Source: Bugula neritina
Taxonomy: Eukaryota; Animalia; Bryozoa
NCBI GenBank assembly: GCA_964035545.1
Contig: OZ037768.1
Coordinates: 16,785,875 to 16,849,874, forward strand
Direction of reading: 5' to 3'
Length of the DNA stretch: 64,000 nucleotides
In this document: one piece after another, positions 40,501-51,400 of the stretch
Position numbering within the stretch: position 1 is the first letter of the stretch
Layout: every line of letters begins with the position of its first letter
Translations under genes and position numbers: made by a program
The notes under the pieces: model-generated
What the model was told of the DNA's origin: nothing
The model's input: only the letters and a program-made list of their open reading frames with translations
Databases searched by the model: none

Positions 40501-43500
40501 TTCAATTTAAATTCTCCCATTTTTTTACCTTCTACTGCATATAATTGAGTTTTCTTAATCATTGTACTGAAAGTCAAAGTTTTGGCATCTGAATAGGTGG
40601 CTATCATAATTATTAAATACTTTGCTTAGCAATTATCAATAAGTTATCATATTTTATTAGCAGACAACATTGTAGCGCGCAGTCTTTTTCTACTTCTCAG
40701 ATCGATCTGGCGTCTTTCCATGGTCTTATTGACATGAGATCGATCTGAGTTCGAGCTCCACAGACCGACCAGCTCAGATCGACGGAGATCGATCTTTGGC
40801 GTCTTTCCATGGATCGATCTCGCTGAGATCGATCTGAGATCGGTACATGGAAAGCCGGTGAAGTCCCAACTTAAACCCAACCCCAAACTACTGCACTCAG
40901 AAACCCTCAACTGGAGGCTGCTTATAACAACTTTACATGCTCTTAACTTGCCACATTCAACTTTACTTCTTACATTGTATTCAGTAACAATTATGTAATA
41001 GAAAACAAATAATTATAATGCAGAAACTTTGAACAATATAATAATATATAAGTGTCTACTGATTCTTTAGATGGAATTCATGCCTCCTGTAGATTTCGGA
41101 ATGTTGATAGTTGTAACTATTGGAATAAAGTGTCATATCATCTGTTTTCTTAAGCTTATGGCTGTGTGGATAGCATAGATATACTGTTGTGTATAGCTCA
41201 GTTTAATGCTGCTTGGGGCAAGACAGCAGTGTATAGTACAAGGTTTATTGGAAAAGCTTGCTAGGAAATTTGTTAACCCTCCCCCTCCCTCTTATTTAAA
41301 ATTATAGTTTGAATAATTAGCATGAATTTGACTCCAGAACTGTATAGTTTTGTTAACAACAATATTTTAGCTGCTAACAGAAAACGCTGTTTGTTTGATG
41401 AGACATATGAAAATGAGATTAACTTGTAAATGTTATTAAAAACAGGTTCTAAAGTAATCTCTATGTAGCCATGTCAAAATAACTCACAAGTACTTATTAT
41501 ATGTTGATTGTCTTATTTGTGGGAAATACCGTTGACATCAATTGCAGAAGTATTAATGATTGAGTAGCATACAGTAGGAATATGTATTCATCTCACTTTG
41601 GATTCAGTACAGAAAAGATGGCTATGTAATCTGATACAATGTTTAAACTGATGCACATAATTATGACATACTACCTGTTTGATAAACTTCAGCAATCTTC
41701 TGACTTTTATGGTACTCAAGATTAAGCTACTGGGATGAAATTAACTAATCTATGTAAAAGAGCTACTCACAATTTTCATATTTGGTCACAGTGTTTTAGC
41801 TAGAGATATCTATTGTTTTGGCATTTGGCATTTTTGGCAGCTCTTGACAAGTTAGTGCCAACAATCCTCTGCACGGAGAAAATAATCAAGGCTTTGTTAG
41901 ATGTGTCATGATAGACAACCAACAGCTATCCACTTTTTGCCAATTTTGAGATACAAATTAGGAATTGTGTTCTCCCAAATCAAGCCTCGAGATAGCTTGA
42001 GACTAAATTGAAATCTCCAACTAACGACTACAAGATTTAGTAAAGCAATTCAATGAATTGTATCTTTACTTTAGTGAGTAAGACTGAAAACTCATGGTGA
42101 TTCTGATTTACTTTCGAGTCCTAAAGTCCAACGAATCTTCAATCAACTGCAGAAAATTACATAAACATATTTTTCAATTAAAATGCATAGCAGATGTGTC
42201 ATCAAAAGATTTGCTTTAACTCTGTTAATTAATTTCATTATTGATGCTTTTCCAGCGTTATACTTATTTTCTAATTGTTTACAAACTTACAATTTCATAT
42301 AACATATGACATTATTACCTGTGCCATTTTTACCGGACACCATATTTTGGATATTAATTTGGTCAAATTAACGTTTTCACAATGTAGTCTAGAAGCAATT
42401 TATTCTCATTTTTTCCAAAAAGAACTTTTGAGTTTGCATGCTCCATCTATCAATACACAACTCCCAGTAACTGAGTGAGTGTTTCAGGAGAAATGAATTT
42501 TCTCTTACACAAGTTTATTTTAGCTGTGATTTGCTTGCATGTGTGCATGATCTTTTGCTTTAACTGACATGGTTTGGTTGCAGCTGACCAAGGCATGCTA
42601 GGTTCACCTGGAATGGCTAACAACATTTCCCTGTACTCCACAACAAACCTCACCACTGCGCACACATCTTCCCCTCTTTCTGTCAGTAGAACAGAGTCCT
42701 CACTGACAAAATATGTGGGCACAACTTCTAATGTAACAGGAAGTGATGTCACACCTTCTGCCATTGTAACAGCATCTGCGGGGTCCAGTTTATCATCGAT
42801 ATTAAACTCAACTTCACAGGGTTCAGTAATTACTACTGCAGCAGCTCTTCCTACAAACGAATCAAGTCAAACAGTGGATAGTCTAAACTCTACAATTACC
42901 GATCCTGTGACATCAATTGTAGGATCTAGTTCATCAGGGATTGGAACAGGATCAAACACTGCTTCATCCGTTGTCGAGACCACCACCTCGGTACATAGTT
43001 CTGATATACCCTCCTCAAGCCTACCGATGAGCACAACTGCCAACACTTCTGTAACAGATGCAGGAAATAGCACAACTACTAATTCCTTTGTAACAGGTAC
43101 AGGAGAAAGCACAACTGCCAACACTTCTGTAACAGATGCAGGAAATAGCGAAACTACTAGTTCCTCTGTAACAGGTACAGGAGAGAGCACAACTACTAAC
43201 ACCTCTGTGCCAGATACAGGAGAGAGCACAACTATTAATTTCTCTGTAACAGGTACAGGAGAGAGCACAACTGCCAACACTTCTGTAACAGATGCAGGAA
43301 ATAGCAAAACTACTAGTTCCTCTGTAACAGGTACAGGAGAGAGCACAACTACTAACACCTCTGTGCCAGATACAGGAGAGAGCACAACTACTAATTTCTC
43401 TGTAACAGGTACAGGAGAGAGCACAACTGCCAACACTTCTGTAACAGATGCAGGAAATAGCAAAACTACTAGTTCCTCTGTAACAGATGCAGGAAATAGC

Positions 43501-46500
43501 GAAACTACTAGTTCCTCTGTAACAGGTACAGGAGAGAGCACAACTGCTGACACTTCTGTGCCAGATACAGAAAATAGCACAACTACTAATTCCTCTGTAA
43601 CAGGTACAGGAGAGAGCACAACTGCTAATTCATCTGTAACCGATACAGGAGAGAGCACAACTACTAACACCTCTGTAACAGGTATAGTAGAAAATAAAAC
43701 TACACTTTTGAATACCATCTCTCACATAACAAGTGTACCACTATAGTAGCAGCCCTATTACCTTTAATCCTTGCAGGATAAAGAGTCGTTTTAACATAAT
43801 TTAAACTGGTACATAAGCAAATCATGTTTTAGTTTAAAAATTTGTGAACATATGATTCTTAAACACAGTTAATCTTAGAATGCGTTTCTTGAGTGAATAC
43901 TACAAGAATATCTTAAACAGAAAGAATACTTAATATATTGAGATGTTTTTGATATATTTTTAAGTGCTTAAATTCATTTTTAAATAAAACTTTAACCATT
44001 ATAACAAGTAAAGGCGAGAACATTTGACTTTGGTATAGTTTGGGTTTAAACACTGTGAGTGAGTGCAAACACATGTTCATGTCAGTTTGATATCTAATCA
44101 GTCGTTTTTATCTCTTGTCACTTTCTATGTGTGACACGCTGCTTATCAGAAATTATTTAGCATCATCAACTTCAACAGTTTTTACACAAACATAATAAGC
44201 ATAATTTCGCTATTCTAGATAATATTGTATTGTAGCTCCTGATCCCTGCGTATCCCAGCCATGTGAAAATAGCGGAACGTGCCGACCTAATGGCACAGGA
44301 TACACTTGCTCTTGCGACTCCGACTGGACAGGATTTAACTGTTCAACTGGTCAGTTCCTTTTTCTAGATGCACTACTTGAAACTGGGCTACGTAATGATG
44401 CTATTGTTAGCCTAGCTAAACTTCTAAACGCTTGGTTCTGGCCGATGAAATAAACTTAAGCAACACATTTTGTCATTATTTTTTATAAAAATACAATATG
44501 CAATAGTATGCTTAAGCCTATAATTATATTATTTTCTGTGTTAGACAACTGTAGGCCTACTAGTAAAACTACTATTAGTTTAACACTAGGACTAGCAAAG
44601 TTTAATTATACCTGTAACATTTAGGTCCAATGTATAACTATCTTTTTATAGTAATTAAAATATAAAACAAGCATATTGCATAAACATTAAAACGGCTCAT
44701 AGAATTTCTTACTAGATCATTATAATAACATAAATAAATAAACTACTATTGCCAATAGCACTCACTAAAAAGGTATGTACTATATGCATCACTTTATATT
44801 ATGCAGTACCACCAGCACTTCCTCGGGTTTCATTCAATTTCAAAACACTAAAACAATTTATATCTTATAAAGGACATCATTATGTATATGTAGGCCATAA
44901 CAATAATCTAATTATGTATCGTTTGTATGGGTTTAATGACCTTGGCCTCAACTCTGTAGTTGTTATAATTCATAGACATACAGCTTCTAGTTGCTATATT
45001 TTAGTATAATGCATGTACTCTTCAGTCTTTTGTAAATGTTTCAGATGTAGATGAGTGTGCAGAGTCTTTGTCCAAATGCGACAATCAGACCAGTACATGT
45101 GAAAACAAAGATGGCGGATACTCATGCGTTTGCAATATGGGCTACATGAAAGACATAAAAACTGAGAATTGTGTTGGTTAGTGTGAAACTAAATGTATCC
45201 TAATAGCTGTGTGCTAATTGGTGAAATATAATAACTAATATGATTCATGCATTAATAAATAAATACAACTAACTGAAATGATAGTGTTTTCAGGGACATA
45301 GTGTAGAAATGATGGCTGTTTAAGCTAATATTTTGAGACATAAGGAAGTATTATGACGAGATTACTCAAAGCTGGTGTAGCATGGTCTGTGTGATGTTTC
45401 TGTGGTGTGGTTATAAAAGAGAAACTTTATAATTCATAGCCTGCGTCAGCCATAATGCAATCATAGAATGGTACTTTTACACTCATTATTATGCAGTTAT
45501 TTTTTCCATTTAGACATTAACGAGTGTGCTCTAGGCATGAGCAAGTGCGACTCAAGTAAGGGAGAAATGTGCAACAACACAATTGGCAGTTTCCAGTGTT
45601 TGTGTGATGAGGCAAGAGACTATGTAGAAAGAGACAATCAATGCATTCGAAGTAAGTTATGGTGGATAATAATAATGGTAGATACATTCAGTAAGTAATG
45701 GTAGATAAGCAAGTAAGTAAGTAGATTTAAGTAAGTTATGGTATATATGAGTAAGTAATGGTAGATGAGTAAATGAGTGATAGATGAGCAAGTATGGCAG
45801 ATAAGTAAAAAATGGTTGCTAACTTTAAAAAATATGAGTTATGATTATGCAAAATCGTTAAAACATTCACTTCACCAAAGGTTTTATTTTTTAAACACTG
45901 CATGTCACCTTTAAATTTTTATTCTGCTATAATAAATTTTACAGCAATCTTTCATAGATAATATGCTGTTTATTTTTAAACTTCGGTAAGTCTATTGAAA
46001 GTAGACTTCAGGCTAAAACAAATGATCGAATACTGTAGCCTTTTGATGATGCGAACTGTGCTCTTGAAAGTCTAGAGCAGCCATCTTGCATTTGAAAAAA
46101 AAGCAAATAATTGATGACTTGGACAGCACTTCTGTGGAGAGCTTTACACTTTTGACCTCAAGACTCGAATATTATTTATTTAATCCATTTTTTAAGATTA
46201 CTTAAACTTGCTGCATAAAATTTCAAATTCATTAAGAAGTAGCGGTCACTTAGTCTTTTGATATGAAAATACATTTCAGTTATCAAAGAAAAGTATGAGT
46301 TTAAAGTTTGGAATGACGCTGTGTACAGAGCAGAATATGATGATCCAAATTCTCAAGAATACAAAGACTTTGTGAGGAATATTACAGAGAATGTAAGTAT
46401 AATAAATTTACAGGAAGTACAGATATACAAGACAAAAAGATACACCAAGTTTCTCTTATGTGAAGCTAAGAACTGACTGTAAAATGCATGATACAATAAT

Positions 46501-47913
46501 ATTTCATAACTCAGCTTAAAAATAGTTATAAAAACTAATTTGTTGCAATTATTCAGGTATTTTGGTTGCTGATCTATCCATTTAATTCAGTACTAATGTA
46601 TATTGATCACACTGGCTTTATATAACAAGTTTCTTTCACCAGTCTGCAGTAGGAAGTCATAGGTTTTTACAGTTATGAGCAAAGTATTTTTAATTATTAG
46701 TTTAAACATCAGGTGGAAGACACTGTACTACTTTGCTTGGTGGGTGGATAATTCCCGTATAACTCTCTGGAACCCAGACATGACATAAAAACAGATTTTT
46801 ACATTTACCTCATTTTAAAGCATCAAAGTGCGCCAAAAATATTATCGCTGATTTAAAAATATTATTTTTATAAGCTTTTATTAATCATAACGCTGGTACG
46901 TACTTTAAAGTGCACCATAAATTCAAGTTTTAGTAATACCACATTATTCATATATGACATGGAAAGCCTAAAATATGTACTCATGTTTAAACTATAGGAT
47001 AGGATAAACATAAAACTGGAATAATATAGCTGTTACTATATGCTATTAATTATCATGCTTTGATAGTACACATATGCTATGTGTAGTCTGTAGATAAAAG
47101 TGATTGGAAATTTTTTGACACAATATACAATTGTTGCGCAATTGGACTTCTTATGAGAAGACAACTTCACAAGCCACTTGCATCTATGCCCAAAATGTTT
47201 AGAAATAGGAATTTAAATAAATGCTTATAATCCCTATAAGAAAGTAGCACCAGTGGTTGATGTCTTTCACTTAGTTTTATATGGTTAAAAAATTTGTCAG
47301 TTGAATTACTGTGATGCTACTATTACTGTCTATATTTGAAAGGATTAATTTGAAGAACAATAATCCGGGGTAACCTTCGCCGCACGCAACAACTTTGTTC
47401 CAGTAGAAACTCAGTTTATTGAGCAAAATGTATAATCTGCGATTCTTGATAAATACAAGGCAAACTCACTCTACTCAGACACTAAACATTTCATTTAACT
47501 CAAAAGATATTCGTGTCAATTGTTGTTAACAGTTTAAAATTTTCTTAGTCCACATATTTCTGCAAATTGCAAATTGAACCTTGTTGAGCTGAAAACACTG
47601 TTTTTAGGTCATTAAATTTATTTCAATATTTGTTTTCAGGCAACCACGATGTTGAACAGTACAAACAATAATACCATTGATAATTTCAAGGTAGTTAGTC
47701 TAAGGTAAGCATAGTGGTCTTATTTGTAAAAGTTGTGTCGCAAAATGACTTATGAAAACAACTCTAATGTTTTATTTTTCAACTGTAGCCTAGAGAATAA
47801 AATATATTAAAAAATTCGTTGTTTACAATACTGGGACACTGTCTATATATCAAGTGCTGAAATTTTGGTTTATTTGCCATTTGCCATGCTATAGGTAGTA
47901 CTGATGTGTGTAA

Positions 47914-47958
<45 letters not shown>

Positions 47959-48333
47959 GACATGCGAGGGCATTTGTTTTAGAAAGCGTTACATGAGCAT
48001 TCTATAATCCATACAATATGCTTACCAGCTTTTTTTAAATATCATTAATCCGCCAGCTTTTCAGCTTTTTACTACTTAAATAGTACCATGTAATATATTC
48101 TTTAGTAGATTTAAACATTTTATCTGAAGAGTGTATATTTTAACATACATGAAACTATTAGTAATAAAATGTTTTATCAATTTTAACTGTGTCATTTCAA
48201 TTCTATTTTATGATATGCTCTGTTTTAAACATTGAGCTCTTTTAAGCAGCGCACTATATCTCACAGTCATATATATATATATACATATGTATATATATAT
48301 ATGTATATATATATATGTATATATATATATGTA

Positions 48334-48405
<72 letters not shown>

Positions 48406-51400
48406 GATTGGTTTTATATATATACACACACGGTGCACCTATACGATGCTATGACAATACGTTATGAGAATACCAGCGTTATTGTTTTTATTTATGATTA
48501 ACAATAACATCACATGCTATGGCAATGCATTGTAGGAATGGCAGTGTTATTGCTACTGTCACTTTTGAAAGAAGCTCTGCAATAACTCTAAACACTTCAA
48601 GCTTGCCTAACGCCAATGAGTTGCGTAAGTTACAGTTCTACACAACACAGATGTTTGTACTTTTATTAGTTCATGAGATTTATTGCTTACGCATGCAAAT
48701 GTTAAATATTGAATATATTTTCTCTGTAGGTTTTATAGCATAAAAATCCAACTATGATTCATTTTGAGATGAATTCAGTTTTTTTTGTACTAAATAAATT
48801 TCTATGTAAAAAATGACCAATTATGTAGTCTCTATACTCTACTCATTTAGTTTCATATTTATGTTGAATTTAAGCTGCTGTTTACTGGCAGAGGTTCTGT
48901 TACAGTTCTCAGTTCCTCTGAGCTCTGTGCATCTCACAAATGTGATTCTCGATCCACGACATGTGAGGGAGTTCCTGCAGCAAAGTACTACGTCTGCAAA
49001 TGCAAAGACAATTTTGAAACCATTCCTAATGACTTCCGCAGGTGTAAAGGTTGGTTGATGAAACATTCATTGTATACTGTATAGACAAACAAGATTGGTG
49101 CTACCACTAGTTGTAGCTGTTTCTCAACTTCTCTTATAATCACATGAAATGATTAACAGCATACACAAGATACTATAGTAATGAATAGTTAATACTATCT
49201 TCCATAGCGCATAAATCTAATGGATGTTAATAAAAAGTTTAACTATAAAATCAGTTTTAAATGTTTGGTAAAAATATTTTCTGTTCTAATATTTTGCTAA
49301 TATTTAAATCAATGCTGGAATCATTTTCAAATCAAAAAGCTTTGTATTTTCTAAAATTCTTATGAATTTTAAAACTATTTTGTCAAATTACACATAGTAG
49401 AAGCAGTGTAATCTGCTTGTGAAACATTTGAATCATTATGAGAACTCGTAGCAAGCAAGTAAGCTTAGAATTCGCAAGTAGTCTGCTGATTTTTTCTGCT
49501 GCTTGCTTATAGTTAAAATTATTTTTATCATTTGTGTTCAAAGTAAGCGATTTTTACAGTTTTAAAGGTTAGTAGTTAGAAATATAATTCTTATGCATTA
49601 TTTTACAGCAATAGATGAATGCACTGTACCTGGAAAACTGTGTCCGGATGGTAGACGATGCGTTGAAGAATATGGCATTTTAATATGTAAAGGTAGGTCC
49701 TGGTCTGCTATGATGTATTGTGACTAGTAAACAGGCAGCTAAGACTTTATTCATGTCTTTTTTTATAAAAAATACATACATTTTTCAAAATTCATTTACC
49801 ATTTTAATTGGCTCAAAATAAAATATATTACTTTCTTAGTTTGTTGGTTTGTGTATGAAATTATAATGCAAAGCTGATTTTCTTTAGTGATGTTAATGTG
49901 AGAGAGTTTGTAGATAGGTTATTGGACTCATGTAACAGTCGAGTTTGCGGAAATCATGGAAAGTGTTCAACATTTAGAAATGGAAGTGTAGCTTGCAGGT
50001 GAGAAAATTCAATGTCAACATTTCTTTGAAACTGAATGAAAGATTACTTATTTAGCATTTTGTAGTTTAGTAAATTATTAAATTTTTACAATGCTGAGTA
50101 ACAATGTGTCTAAAGTTCAAACCACAAGTCTATAAGGTAATGTAGATTTATGTTATTACGTTATTATTATGTAATTTACAGCTGTACCGAGGGCTACTCT
50201 GGCACACAATGTGATGTTAAAATTGTCAAGAAATCTGAACGCGATGGTATGTAGGCAAAAACTTTGCTAAAATCCTTAACACTGAAAAATTGTATAGAAA
50301 TTGATCTAGCGAATGCTATATAAGCTATAGTATGGTGCTTAGAGTTGTCCCCCATGCAATCCAGTTTGTAAATGCCATTAAGACAAAAGGTTTTCAATTT
50401 TTAAAAAAATTTAAGCTTTATTTGTTTTAAAGATAGCAAAAGTTTACGTTGAAGCATCTTGACTTAATATTAAGGTAACTGGAAAAGCTCAATACCAGTT
50501 AGTGTTTGTAATCATATTACATAATAATGTATGACCTTCAGACATCATAAAAAATATTATCAACTTATGTTTGCCTGACTGCTGAATATGGGAATAAAAT
50601 CTTGTAAGTTTCATAGACACACTAGACATATACCGAGTGTATAAGGAGGAACTCATATAAAAGATATTTCTTTTCATTTTGCAAATTTTTCACAATTATT
50701 TGATTTCATGTTTTGAAAGCAACATTTTTTAAGTCATGTTAAAGTTTGATATGAGCACATGACATGCACTGTAAAACAGACAACAAATAATCTTTATATA
50801 ACAATAGTGAGTAATAATTTGTTTATTTTACAAAGTATATAAAATCTGGGAAAGTGAACATGCTGATATAAAATTATTGACATTAGGCGATAAGTAAATA
50901 ATTACATTGGCTGCCAGCTCACTTTTACATGGTATACTTGGTAGTAATTATTTGGCATGGCAACTTGTGTATAATTATACCCTATTAAATTACCATAATT
51001 TCCATAACTTCAGGATGCACATGTGTTAAGTTTCTTTCTGAATCAATGCTATTACCCTAATATAATATAGCTCGTCCAGTAGTACTAATACCATGAGTCT
51101 GATTGCAAATGCAAATACACTCGTTATATAGGATTTCTGTCAACTTCGGGTTCTACTTCAACACGTCTTATGCCAGTTATGCTGTAACATTCTCATTTAC
51201 TAATCCATAGTAATTACGTGAGCTCAACATGGTAGCATCTACTTTTACTGCATCTTCTACTCGTACAGGAATGTGGAGGTGGCTTTCAACATTGTAAGAA
51301 GTAGTTGACCTTGATTGAATATATAGCGCTGATGATAGACATATTATTGCTGACCTTTCATTCTGACATCATAAATAACTAAAACATTTTTGGCTAGTGG

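Noticed and set aside
42867-43718. 283-aa minus-strand ORF ([10 protein letters not shown] repeats)
   Set aside because: Antisense shadow of the coding 39-bp mucin VNTR; no independent evidence of a gene.
48813-49066. ORF-track proteins 48813-49058 (+) and 48839-49066 (-)
   Set aside because: The true exon (48906-49049) is in another frame and encodes a six-Cys EGF domain.
49992-49998. Apparent 7-nt micro-exon needed to fix the frame between 49692 and 50182
   Set aside because: A normal 85-nt exon (49914-49998) restores the frame and completes an EGF domain.
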